DNA of 64,000 nt from Verrucomicrobiia bacterium (GTDB lineage: Bacteria; Verrucomicrobiota; Verrucomicrobiia; Limisphaerales; UBA1319). Of the stretch, positions 51,927 through 61,408 are shown piece by piece. Every line of letters begins with the position of its first letter. The stretch's first letter is position 1. Location: positions 5,472,001 through 5,536,000 of the forward strand of contig OY760937.1 in assembly GCA_963664225.1 (NCBI GenBank), read 5' to 3'. The notes under the pieces were generated by a model. That model saw nothing but the letters and a program-made list of their open reading frames with translations, did not search any database and had not been told where the DNA came from. A program made the position numbers and the translations under genes.

Positions 51927-52817
51927 TTACGATTTGAAGTAATGGCGCATTTTCTCCGAGATCGGACGCTCCAGTTTCTCCAACACTTGGAGCATGTCCT
52001 CCCAAACCTCACGTTTGATCGACATTGATTGGTTTCTGAGCAGGTAGGCAGGATGGTAAGTGGGCATTAACGGAGTTCCATGAAACTCCTGGAAATGGCC
52101 GCGCAATTTGGTGATGCCCAATGTCTTGCCGATGAGTCCTTCCACCGCAGTGGTGCCAAGGGCCACGATGACCTTGGGTTTGATGATTTCGATCTGGGCC
52201 AGCAAATATGGAAGGCAAGTGTTCATCTCTTCCGGGGTCGGCTTGCGATTTCCTGCGGATTGGCCGGGGGTGTCGGGACGGCATTTTAGGATATTGGCAA
52301 TGAATACGGTGTCCCGGCTAAACTCCATGGCTTGAATGATTTTCGTCAGCAGTAGGCCGGCTTTACCGACAAACGGTTCGCCTTGTTCGTCCTCGTCTGC
52401 TCCGGGAGCTTCACCGACAAACATCAAGGTAGCCTTGGGATCACCGACGCCAAAAACGACCGATTTTCGTGAACGCGCCAAATGGGGACAATTCTGGCAT
52501 ACAATCACACGGGAGCGGAGTTCCGCGAGAGGATCTGCCTGTCCAGATTTACGTGTGGGAGCGGGTGCAAGCGTCTGTGGCATGGATGCTGCTCCCCTTG
52601 GTTTTTTTGAGGTTATCCCCGCAGTGGGAGCCTCCGGCTGAGTTGGAAGCTTTGCAGACTTCGCGGGCGCGGTCGTTCTTGGACTGGCGGCTGGAACCAC
52701 CTTTTTTAAGGAGGCCAGGGTTTCGGGCTTTACAGCCACAAATTTCGCTCCGCGCGCTTTCATGCCCCGAACGTGTCGGATTGTTGCTTCCAGGAGTTGA
52801 TCGGATAAATCTGCCAT
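51927..52817 (-). CDS. Uracil-DNA glycosylase family 4 with an N-terminal extension
   Basis: CQNC, FVGEAPG, KCRP, TYHPAYLLR. Confidence 0.93.
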   Translation of the reverse strand: MADLSDQLLEATIRHVRGMKARGAKFVAVKPETLASLKKVVPAASPRTTAPAKSAKLPTQPEAPTAGITSKKPRGAASMPQTLAPAPTRKSGQADPLAELRSRVIVCQNCPHLARSRKSVVFGVGDPKATLMFVGEAPGADEDEQGEPFVGKAGLLLTKIIQAMEFSRDTVFIANILKCRPDTPGQSAGNRKPTPEEMNTCLPYLLAQIEIIKPKVIVALGTTAVEGLIGKTLGITKLRGHFQEFHGTPLMPTYHPAYLLRNQSMSIKREVWEDMLQVLEKLERPISEKMRHYFKS

Positions 52818-52937
52818 CGCACAAATTGTAGTCAGCCCCGCCGTCCATGCACGGAAAATTTGAGGCGCTGGTCAAAAACGAGCGCGCACCAAATTTCAGA
52901 AGCCTGAGAGCGGGATAGGCCAGCGATCTCGTTCAGT

Positions 52938-52977
52938 CGGCATTGCGTTGAATTTGGTCGCATTCAACACAATGCCG
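52938..52977 (-). other. Stem-loop downstream of the SGNH gene
   Basis: CGGCATTGCGTTGAAT / ATTCAACACAATGCCG inverted repeat with one wobble. Confidence 0.5.
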
Positions 52978-53008
52978 CCAAGTCGGAGTTGCTGCCGCTG
53001 GAAGCGCC

Positions 53009-54331
53009 TTATTGCGCCGCCTTCAACTCAAAATGATGGGTCTTGATTTTTCGAGAGGCATCAATTTGGGCTTCAAGGCCGACGATTTCCTGATCGAGCC
53101 TGGCCAGTTCGGCGGTGCGTCCAACTTCCGCGTTTTTGGCCCAATCCGGCAGCGAGTAAAGCTGCACATTGCGCCAGCGATTGAAGAAGACATCATTTTT
53201 CTTGAACACCAGTTTGAGGACTTCCTGGGACTGTGCCTTTATTGGTCCAGCCTGGTTGGAGAGATTCCATCCTTTGGCCAGATCGTCTGCTGTGGCCTTG
53301 CCGACGGCCTCGCCGTCAATGGACAATTCGTAGCTGCCAGATGCAAGCCCGCTGACGACGAGTTCATAACGGCTGAGTTCATCAAGGATTGGGGCCAATT
53401 TCAGGGCCGCTTCGGCGCGGGTATCAATCGGCATCGGCAGAGCCTCGTCGATGCGATCAAAACTGATCGAGCCGTTTTCTGATTTCAGGTTTTCAATGCG
53501 GCATTTTTCACTGGTAACGACCTTCTTTGCTGCGGCATCAATCGCGGCGCGTGAGACCAGCGCATCGGCCCCCAGGTCTTTCAGCACGGCCCAAGCCATG
53601 ATCGTGTGGCCTGCCGGTCCGGGATGGACGGCGTCGCCACCGCCAATGGTGGTAGTGGGATTCGCCGCGCGTTCGTGCATCATGATGGCCATGTAGGGAT
53701 CAAATTGATCGGCAAAAACGCCGCCCTGTTTTGAGGCGACTTCCTTGAGGCCATCGGAGAATTTGCGCAGCGACTGGTTGCGAACGTCCTTGTCCGGATC
53801 GGCGCGTTTCTCTTCGATGGGCTGAGTTGTGAGCAGTGCGACGCGCGCGCCGCTGTCTTTCAACACAGTGGTCAGTTGATTTTCGCTGCGGACATAGGCG
53901 CGGAAAATATCCTCCCGGAAGGGTTGATAGGCATGGTCGTTCATTGCGAAGTCAATCGTCACCACGGTCGGTTTGAGAGGCAACACGTCGCGTTCGAGTC
54001 CTTGCTTGACGGCGTTTTCCACCATTTTTTGCTGTTCCGCAGGTTCCGCCTTGAAGAGGGCGTTTTCATCCGTACGCGTCCGCTGGCGCAGCCAGGAGGT
54101 GTCTCCACCCCAACCAGTATTCCGGAATGTCAGTTTCCAATCCGGATGACGCGTCAGAGTGTAAGCCTCGATGTATGTGGAGTAGAGCTTCTGCTCCGTA
54201 ATGCTATCGCCCAGAAAGACGACGCGATCGTTATTGCGAATAATGAAGTCGCCTGCGAGTGCGCTGGACGCGAGCCCAACGACGGCGAGAAGTGCGGCTG
54301 CCAACCGATTAGGAGTCAATTTCATGGCCAA
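53009..54331 (-). CDS. Secreted SGNH/GDSL hydrolase
   Basis: FLGDSIT, GWGGD, AMND, DAVHP; signal peptide. Confidence 0.9.
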   Translation of the reverse strand: MAMKLTPNRLAAALLAVVGLASSALAGDFIIRNNDRVVFLGDSITEQKLYSTYIEAYTLTRHPDWKLTFRNTGWGGDTSWLRQRTRTDENALFKAEPAEQQKMVENAVKQGLERDVLPLKPTVVTIDFAMNDHAYQPFREDIFRAYVRSENQLTTVLKDSGARVALLTTQPIEEKRADPDKDVRNQSLRKFSDGLKEVASKQGGVFADQFDPYMAIMMHERAANPTTTIGGGDAVHPGPAGHTIMAWAVLKDLGADALVSRAAIDAAAKKVVTSEKCRIENLKSENGSISFDRIDEALPMPIDTRAEAALKLAPILDELSRYELVVSGLASGSYELSIDGEAVGKATADDLAKGWNLSNQAGPIKAQSQEVLKLVFKKNDVFFNRWRNVQLYSLPDWAKNAEVGRTAELARLDQEIVGLEAQIDASRKIKTHHFELKAAQ

Positions 54332-54539
54332 TGAATAAGGAATCGTGCTGAAAAAAGCAAAGAGGAGTTTTCGGGCATCGAATTAAACGTTTCTTTTGTC
54401 CAGTCCGCTTATTCTGGTAGTCTGTCCAAATCGTAGGGGTTCAAATCGCAGCCACGGATTGGCGTTTCGCTGGCGCGCGTGGCAAGGGAATGGCACCGGC
54501 AGGATGCCCATGCCACATGAACATTGCCCTGACTTTAAA

Positions 54540-55394
54540 ATGAATTTTGCCGACAAGATATTCAAGGGATGGGCCAAGCCTGGTCCTGTGCCGCCGGGGG
54601 CCTTGGGCCAAGGTCCTGCATTGGGATCGGGTGAAACACTCGATGCCATCAGCGGGTATTACCGGTTGTTCCAATTAAGAAATGGGCATCGTTTTTCCAC
54701 CGATGACGTTCTCACGAGTTGGTATGGCACGACCTGGTGCCCCTGTGCCAGGCGCGTGCTGGATTTGGGGAGCGGCGTTGGAACCGTGGGCATGATGGCG
54801 GCGTGGCGATTGCAAGGGGCGCAGTTTGTCACGGTCGAAGCCCAGGAGGAAAGCGTCCGATTGGCGCGCAAATCGGCGCAATGGAATGGAATTGAGGACC
54901 GATATGAAATCCGGCAGGGCGATTTCCGGGATCCGCAGATCCTTCAGGCGGAGGAACGATTTGACCTGGTGCTGGGCAGTCCACCTTATTTTCCGTTGGG
55001 CAGCGGTGTGGTAGGGGACCATCCCCAAAAGGTGGCATGTCGTTTTGAGATGCGCGGAACGATTGCCGATTATTGCTCCGTCGCAGGCCAACATCTCGCA
55101 ACGGGAGGCTTTTTTGCCTGCGTATTCCCAATTGCGCCGGCATTCCAAGAACAACGTGTTCTGGAAGGGGCTCGTGCAGCAGGTCTGAGTGTTGTTCGTT
55201 GCCGACCCGTCGTGTTGCGGGAACCTGAGCGTCCATTGCTTGGATTATTTGGCATGATGCGCGCTGCGGACTTGCCGGAATCGATGCGCGCCAGAACCTG
55301 GACTGAACCGCCCTTGATCATTAGAGACCAGACCGGTTCCATTCATCCCGAGTATTCGGCGGTCAAACTTTCATTCGGTTTTCCGCCGGGTTAG
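54540..55394 (+). CDS. SAM-dependent methyltransferase (tRNA m6A37 methyltransferase-like)
   Basis: GHRFSTDD, LDLGSGVG, GSPPYF. Confidence 0.75.
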   Translation: MNFADKIFKGWAKPGPVPPGALGQGPALGSGETLDAISGYYRLFQLRNGHRFSTDDVLTSWYGTTWCPCARRVLDLGSGVGTVGMMAAWRLQGAQFVTVEAQEESVRLARKSAQWNGIEDRYEIRQGDFRDPQILQAEERFDLVLGSPPYFPLGSGVVGDHPQKVACRFEMRGTIADYCSVAGQHLATGGFFACVFPIAPAFQEQRVLEGARAAGLSVVRCRPVVLREPERPLLGLFGMMRAADLPESMRARTWTEPPLIIRDQTGSIHPEYSAVKLSFGFPPG

Positions 55395-55445
55395 TCAATA
55401 AATGTTCCCTTGATTTGGTTAACAAATTGGATCCCCTGGCCCTGG

Positions 55446-56000
55446 CTACATGGTCAGCTTGGAGGGATCGGTCTTGATCAACTCCCATTTCTGCTCGTCA
55501 ATCTGGCCCTGGGGTGCAAGCACTACTTTCGCGCCGCCACCACTGGCCGCCACTGCAGTCAGCGCCATTCCTGATTCGACCTCGATAATCTGATAGAGTC
55601 CGTCAGGCAGTTTGGTGAATCTCCACGAGGGGCGTTCCCTGGTATTCCGAGAAAACGGCACTTGAACCACCGCTTGTTGCCCGCCATCGGTTTTGGATGC
55701 ATGTGAAAAAGTTTTGGAAGTAAAATGATTCTGAACCTGGAAAATCTGCTCGCCCACGGGATGGAGTTTCCAGGTGAGACATTTCCAGGTCTGTGCCGGG
55801 TAAAGAACAATGCGCGTGCCATCGGCACTGTTGGCGTCTTCCGGACGGAGCAAATCTCCGAACTTTTTGTTGCGGATCTGGAAGGATTCGGGCGTCGCAG
55901 GCTTCGACAGCGTGACACCAGTTCCTGAATCCTCTGCGGCCGCTCCAAGAGTGCCAGCCAGAAGTCCAAAAGAGATAATAAAGCAGATGAATCGATTCAT
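55446..56000 (-). CDS. Secreted ricin-B lectin domain protein
   Basis: Signal peptide; beta-trefoil-like repeats ending in W (LTW, PSW, QKW). Confidence 0.75.
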   Translation of the reverse strand: MNRFICFIISFGLLAGTLGAAAEDSGTGVTLSKPATPESFQIRNKKFGDLLRPEDANSADGTRIVLYPAQTWKCLTWKLHPVGEQIFQVQNHFTSKTFSHASKTDGGQQAVVQVPFSRNTRERPSWRFTKLPDGLYQIIEVESGMALTAVAASGGGAKVVLAPQGQIDEQKWELIKTDPSKLTM

Positions 56001-56231
56001 AAAACATCAGAATGGAACTTGTTTTGGCGGGATTGCCTCCAGCCTTCATTTCAACCCGATTGCTCGTGTCGTCATGGTTCTTTTCAACGGACGATCAAAA
56101 TCTTTGCGATCCCATTGAGTGCATTGTAGCACATTTCTTGTTCTTAGCCGAAACAAGTTAAGCAAAATCCGGGTCAGAGGGGGGCTTGAATCCTGATTGC
56201 ATCTGGCGGCTTGGATGGGCATTTTCAAGAC

Positions 56232-57209
56232 ATGAGTCATTTGGACAGGGCACGGGAAGTTTTTGATGTGGAGCTCGGCGCGCTCAAGTGCGTGCGGGAC
56301 CAGTTGGATGGCGCCTTCGATAAAGCAGTGGAGGCTATTCTGGCGTCGCTTCAACAGCGGGGCAAGGTGGTGGTTGCCGGGATTGGCAAGTCGGGTCATA
56401 TCGGCCGAAAAATCGCCGCAACCATGACGAGCACAGGCACCACCAGTGTGTTGCTGGATAGTGTGGACGCGCTGCATGGCGACCTGGGAATTCTCAACGA
56501 TGGGGATGTAATCCTGGCGCTGAGTTATTCCGGGGAGTCCGCAGAACTGGTGGATTTGCTGCCTGCTTTCAAAAAGTTCTCCGTGAAGATTGTCGCGCTG
56601 ACCGGGGCGCTAAAATCGACGCTCGCGAAGTCAAGTGATGTCGTAATCAACGTAAAAGTGCCCAAGGAGGCTTGCCCCTTCAATCTGGCACCCACCGCAA
56701 GCACCACCGCGATGCTCGCCATGGGAGATGCCCTTGCCATGACGATTTTGGAAGCGCGAGGTTTCAAAAGAAGTGATTTTGCTAAATTTCATCCCTCTGG
56801 CGCGATCGGTCATGCGCTGCTTTACAAGGTCAAGGACATCATGCGCACCGGCGCGCGGTATGCGATAGCGATGGAGTCGAAAACGGTGAAAGAGGCGCTA
56901 CTGTCGATGACCCAGGCTAAATGCGGCAGCGTGGTCGTTACTGACGCCAAAGGCAAACTGGCTGGTGTGTTCACGGATGGCGACTTCCGTCGGCACATCA
57001 CGGAAAACGAGGGGGTGCTTTCCGTAATCCTATCCAAAGTGATGACCCCCAATCCAATCAGCATTCGCGAAGACGCGCTGGCGATCGAGGTCCTAAAGAT
57101 CTTTCATGAGCGCAACATTGACGATCTCGTGGTGATCAACTCACGAAATGAACCTGTGGGGCTTGTGGATTCGCAGGATTTACCTAAATTCAAGATCGCA
57201 AACGCCTGA
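56232..57209 (+). CDS. kdsD: Arabinose 5-phosphate isomerase (SIS plus CBS domains)
   Basis: GIGKSGHIG, HGDLG, EACPFNLAPTAST, FHPSGAIG, GVFTDGD. Confidence 0.93.
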   Translation: MSHLDRAREVFDVELGALKCVRDQLDGAFDKAVEAILASLQQRGKVVVAGIGKSGHIGRKIAATMTSTGTTSVLLDSVDALHGDLGILNDGDVILALSYSGESAELVDLLPAFKKFSVKIVALTGALKSTLAKSSDVVINVKVPKEACPFNLAPTASTTAMLAMGDALAMTILEARGFKRSDFAKFHPSGAIGHALLYKVKDIMRTGARYAIAMESKTVKEALLSMTQAKCGSVVVTDAKGKLAGVFTDGDFRRHITENEGVLSVILSKVMTPNPISIREDALAIEVLKIFHERNIDDLVVINSRNEPVGLVDSQDLPKFKIANA

Positions 57210-57270
57210 GCGTTAACAACTAAAGAGACTTCAGGGCGCTTCTTTTCAAAAGTCGCGCCCGGCCTTTCGG

Positions 57271-58068
57271 TTATTTGAAAACCATCAGCAGAATGGCAAC
57301 TCCCAAGGCGATCCGGTACCAGCCAAAAGATTCGAAGGTGTGATGCTGGATGAACCGAAGGAGCCACTTTACCACGATGAAAGAGGTAATAAGGGACGCA
57401 ATGCTGGCAATAAGGATAAGTGTCCACGATTGCGACGCGCCATCCGGCGCCTTGAGGGCGCCATAAGCCTGAAGGGCACCTGCAGCCATCAGGGTTGGCA
57501 CCCCAAGCAAAAAAGAAAACTCGGCAGCCACCGGACGGGCCAATCCCATTGCCAGGGCGATTAAAATTGTAATACCTGACCGGGAGGTTCCGGGAAAGAC
57601 GGCGGCAATTAGTTGGGCCATGCCCATAAAGATCGCGATGGCCCAGGTGACTTGCAGGTCCATTTTGCGATTCTTGAGCCAGCGTTCGACTGCAATAAAC
57701 AGAATGCCGCCAATTAACGTGGCCCATGCGACAGGAACGGCTGATTCAGGCAGGCGAAAATGCATTTTTTTCAGGATGATGCCGCCAACCCCCGTGATGA
57801 AGAAGGCCGCAAACAGTTTCAGGAAAAACGATTGCACTTCGGGATCGCGCCATTGGAAGATGAGTTGTTTAACCCGGTCCTTGAAAATGAAGAGCACGGC
57901 CAGGACGGCGGCGCTCTGAATCACCACGTTGAAGACGTCGTTGAATATCTCGGGATGGCGGGGGAGGATTTGCTCGGCAATGAGTAGATGTCCGGTTGAC
58001 GAAACGGGCAGGAATTCCGTCACGCCTTCGATCACACCCAAGATAACTGCAATAATCCAATTTTGCAT
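57271..58068 (-). CDS. uppP: Undecaprenyl-diphosphate phosphatase
   Basis: EGVTEFLPVSSTGH, PGTSRSG, AEFSF, FGWYRI. Confidence 0.95.
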   Translation of the reverse strand: MQNWIIAVILGVIEGVTEFLPVSSTGHLLIAEQILPRHPEIFNDVFNVVIQSAAVLAVLFIFKDRVKQLIFQWRDPEVQSFFLKLFAAFFITGVGGIILKKMHFRLPESAVPVAWATLIGGILFIAVERWLKNRKMDLQVTWAIAIFMGMAQLIAAVFPGTSRSGITILIALAMGLARPVAAEFSFLLGVPTLMAAGALQAYGALKAPDGASQSWTLILIASIASLITSFIVVKWLLRFIQHHTFESFGWYRIALGVAILLMVFK

Positions 58069-58116
58069 ACCGGACGTTTAAATTGGAATATGACTGCCAA
58101 GGCAAGCGGCAAATCG

Positions 58117-58875
58117 TTATTTATTGCTTAGTGCCGCCGTATTCAGGGCGTCCACCTGGCAATGGAGGGCTTCGGCCATTTCTTTCCGGTCCAAACCGGG
58201 GGGCAGGGTGTTGCCGTAATTGATTGAAGCATGGATTTCACGTTTGGAGACGAGATTCAAGAAATGGGGGAAAAACGTCATATCACCCCAATAACAGATC
58301 TCGTTTTCCACTGATCCATCATCTATTTTGTAACCAACCCGGACTGCAGTCACAGGCCACCGATGCGCTTCAGCCGATTCCAGGAGTGAGGAGCGAAAGG
58401 GCAGCACTTGATGTCCATCAGTGCTTGTTCCCTCAAGGAAAAGGCCTAGAAGGACGCCGGTGGTCATAACAGGCTCGAATTCCACGGCCATGCGTTTGAC
58501 GTCGGATTTTTTCTGGCGATTAATGAACAATGTTCCGGCGCAACGGGTACACCAGCCGATCAAGGGCCAGGAGCGGACTTCTTTTTTTGCGAGGAAAATG
58601 ATGGGGGAATGGGCCGCAAGGATGGGTATGTCCAAGTAGCTGAGGTGGTTGGAAGCGATCAACCCGTTGACCGGCGGTTGACCGGAGCATTCATGGCGGA
58701 TGTTCAGGGCGGACAGGAGGCGTCGGGACCATTTTTGGAGCCAGAGGGCCCGCGCACGGTAGTCTTTCGATTTTCCCCGCAGTTCGATGAAGAAGAGGTC
58801 GTCAAGTAGGCACACGACGACAATGGAGAGGAAAAGACATAGGCGAAATGTAACGCGCAGCGGGTGCTTCATCAT
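58117..58875 (-). CDS. Lysophospholipid acyltransferase family (OlsA-like)
   Basis: SNHLSYLD, FINR, FLEGTSTDG; directly downstream of the OlsB-like gene. Confidence 0.85.
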   Translation of the reverse strand: MMKHPLRVTFRLCLFLSIVVVCLLDDLFFIELRGKSKDYRARALWLQKWSRRLLSALNIRHECSGQPPVNGLIASNHLSYLDIPILAAHSPIIFLAKKEVRSWPLIGWCTRCAGTLFINRQKKSDVKRMAVEFEPVMTTGVLLGLFLEGTSTDGHQVLPFRSSLLESAEAHRWPVTAVRVGYKIDDGSVENEICYWGDMTFFPHFLNLVSKREIHASINYGNTLPPGLDRKEMAEALHCQVDALNTAALSNK

Positions 58876-58889
58876 ATCTGCGCGCCTGA

Positions 58890-59696
58890 TTAGCTAAAGA
58901 AACGTTTAATGGTCAGCGGTGGAAGGGTATCCAAATCGTGGAGTGTCAGAAAATCGATGGTCTTGAATTCCCGATCGATGGCTGGAAAGCCGCAAATTTT
59001 TGCGCCCATGGAGAGGTACGCGGTCAATAGTCTGGGAATCTTGGGGGCTTTTACAGGGGGATGGTCCATCGGGCAGGCCACGGCCGGCAATGGATTGACG
59101 CGGTAGGGTTCCGCAGCGAGGTGATGTTTGCTCAGAACTGCGTAGGCCGCAGCACCTTCCGCAGGAATTTGAGATGTCAGGGAGCTGCATCCGACCAAAT
59201 AGTGTGCATCGCGGCTTTTGGCGTAGTCGGCGATGCCCCGCCACAGGTAGCCCAGAACGGCGAGGTTGCGATGCTGGATATCGACGCAAGCCCGGCCGAG
59301 TTCCACGGTTTCGTTTCGATAGGGTTCCAAAGGGGTCAGGTCGAATTCCTGGGAGCTGTAATATCCGAGTTTTTCCTTGGCCCTGGCCCCTGTTTGGAGG
59401 CGATAGGTGCCCACAATGATTCCTGAGGGGATTTCCTCAACGATGAGGTGGTCGCATACGGCGTCGAATGGGTCGGCATCCAAACCGGTGGCGAAAGACT
59501 GGGGGAGCCCTTCATTTAACTCGATGTTAAAGACATTGAAGCGAAGGCGTTGCGCGGCCTCGATATCCTCCCTGGAGCTGGCGAGGCGGACGGCGTATTT
59601 CGGTCGGGCTTCACCCCGCGAGAGGATTCGATCCCCAACGGGGTTTGGGGATGATTTGTCCCCGGACTCGTTTTTTGACTGTTCTGTCGGTTTCAA
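58890..59696 (-). CDS. GNAT N-acyltransferase (OlsB-like aminolipid synthase)
   Basis: AQRLRF, D.FD..CDHL, VGTYRL, YYS..EFDL, ELGRAC, Y..MGAKICG.PA.D; start uncertain. Confidence 0.85.
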   Translation of the reverse strand: MKPTEQSKNESGDKSSPNPVGDRILSRGEARPKYAVRLASSREDIEAAQRLRFNVFNIELNEGLPQSFATGLDADPFDAVCDHLIVEEIPSGIIVGTYRLQTGARAKEKLGYYSSQEFDLTPLEPYRNETVELGRACVDIQHRNLAVLGYLWRGIADYAKSRDAHYLVGCSSLTSQIPAEGAAAYAVLSKHHLAAEPYRVNPLPAVACPMDHPPVKAPKIPRLLTAYLSMGAKICGFPAIDREFKTIDFLTLHDLDTLPPLTIKRFFS

Positions 59697-59870
59697 TCGG
59701 TTCTGTTCGGTTTAGTGAAGGTAAATATGACAACGATACCCCGATCCCAAGCAAGTCTTTTCGCACAAGAATGCATTGAGGGGGGGAAATGGGGCAGGGG
59801 GCGGAGGAATGGACAAGGGATAATTGACAATGGACAATGGAGGGTCCCGTCCTAAAATAGGTTGTCACTA

Positions 59871-60248
59871 ATGAGACAACAAAACAGTGTTCGAAGGGTG
59901 GGGATACGGTACAGTGAGTCGTTTAAAATGGCTGTGGTTCGGGAGCTGGAAGAGGGCGAAATGTCCTTTGAGGCGATGCGGCGAAAGTACGGCATAAAGG
60001 GCACGGGCACCGTCCAAAAGTGGGCTCGCAAGTACGGCAGGGGCGATTTAGGAAAGGTCATACGCGTGGAAACACCTAAAGAATTCAATGAACGGGATCA
60101 AATGAAGAAGCGAATCAAGGCTTTGGAGAAAGCGTTGGCCGATGCGCACATCGATCTGGCGATCGAGCGTGCCACCATCCAAGTGGCCTGCGAACGGGCG
60201 GGGATTAAGGATGTGGCGGAGTTCAAAAAAAAAGTGGCTGGGAAATAG
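59871..60248 (+). CDS. IS3-family transposase OrfA (HTH)
   Basis: RYSESFKMAVV...RKYGI...VQKWARKYG followed by a coiled coil. Confidence 0.88.
   Translation: MRQQNSVRRVGIRYSESFKMAVVRELEEGEMSFEAMRRKYGIKGTGTVQKWARKYGRGDLGKVIRVETPKEFNERDQMKKRIKALEKALADAHIDLAIERATIQVACERAGIKDVAEFKKKVAGK
60225..60234 (+). promoter_or_regulatory. Programmed -1 frameshift site A9G
   Basis: AAAAAAAAAG near the end of orfA; the -1 frame is open from here into orfB. Confidence 0.8.
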
Positions 60249-60286
60249 CCCATTGTGCGGTCAGGGGAGGTTCGGCGGATCAGGAG

Positions 60287-61123
60287 GTGCCGGTCAAAGG
60301 GGTGTGTCGCCGACTGGGGATGAGCCGCCAGAACTTCTATGCGGGGCGCACGCGGCGGATGCGCAAGAAAGTGGAGGGCGACCTTGTGGCCGATTTAGTG
60401 CGTCAGGAGCGCAGGAAGCATCCACGGATCGGGGCGCGAAAGCTCCACAGGACGATCAAGCCAGCCCTGGAAAAGGCCGGAGTAAAAATGGGGCGGGACC
60501 GCCTGTTTGAAGAGTTGCGAGAGCGGGATTTGCTGGTGCCGCCGCTGCCCCGGCAATGGCCCCAGACAACCCATTACAATCCCAGTTTGCCGGTGTTTCA
60601 CAATGAGATCAAGGAACGGGAGGTGAAGCGGGCCAATGAGGTTTGGGTGGCGGATATGACCTATGTGCGGACCGACGAGGGTTTTTTATATGTGTCGCTG
60701 ATCACGGATAAGTATTCGCGCAAGATCGTGGGTTTCCATGCCGATGAGACGCTGGAAACCAGGGGGACGCTTGAGGCGTTGGAGATGGCGCTGGCGGCAC
60801 TGCCCAGGGGATTCAATCCGATCCATCATTCGGATCGTGGCTGTCAGTATGCCAGTCATGAGTATGTGGATCGGTTGAAGTTGGGCGGCCTGTCCATCAG
60901 CATGACGGAGGAGGATCATTGCGCGGAGAATGCGATGGCCGAACGGGTCAACGGCATCCTAAAGCAGGAGTATGGCATAGGGTATGGATTTAAGACCAAG
61001 GCGCTGGCGCGCAAAGTAATCAGTCAGGCTGTCAATCTCTACAATACGCGCCGATTGCATACGGCATTGAATTACCAGGTGCCCGAGGCCGTTCACATCC
61101 GGGGAACCGTCGAGTATAACTAA
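60287..61123 (+). CDS. IS3-family transposase OrfB (DDE)
   Basis: WVADMTY, D.YSRKIVG, HHSDRGCQY, NAMAERVNGILKQE, YN..R.H..L. Confidence 0.93.
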   Translation: MPVKGVCRRLGMSRQNFYAGRTRRMRKKVEGDLVADLVRQERRKHPRIGARKLHRTIKPALEKAGVKMGRDRLFEELRERDLLVPPLPRQWPQTTHYNPSLPVFHNEIKEREVKRANEVWVADMTYVRTDEGFLYVSLITDKYSRKIVGFHADETLETRGTLEALEMALAALPRGFNPIHHSDRGCQYASHEYVDRLKLGGLSISMTEEDHCAENAMAERVNGILKQEYGIGYGFKTKALARKVISQAVNLYNTRRLHTALNYQVPEAVHIRGTVEYN

Positions 61124-61408
61124 GAAGCCATACCGGCCTGAGAGGGGAGGGTCCGCGCCACAGTGCCCCTTCGGGTCCACTACGGCATTGGCACTTCGTG
61201 CCAAAGCCTCCGTTCCCCCGAAGGGGCACTGCTCTCCTCCTGAAGGTGTGGGACAGTAGGAAGATTCCCTCCGACCGGAAACCGAAAGAAATAAGACTCA
61301 GGAAAAAGTGACAAATTTAAACCAGGACTTGACCCAATGAAATGGAAAAAGGAATTGACGCACGCCAACAAAAAGACCGTGCATGTAGAAGTATTCGAGA
61401 AGGAAAAG

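Larger units (their letters stand above)
59842..61335 (+). mobile_element. IS3-family insertion sequence (about 1.49 kb)
   Basis: Imperfect terminal IRs GGGTCCCGTCCTAAAATAGGTTGTCACT / AGTGACAAATTTAAACCAGGACTTGACCC enclosing orfA and orfB. Confidence 0.88.
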
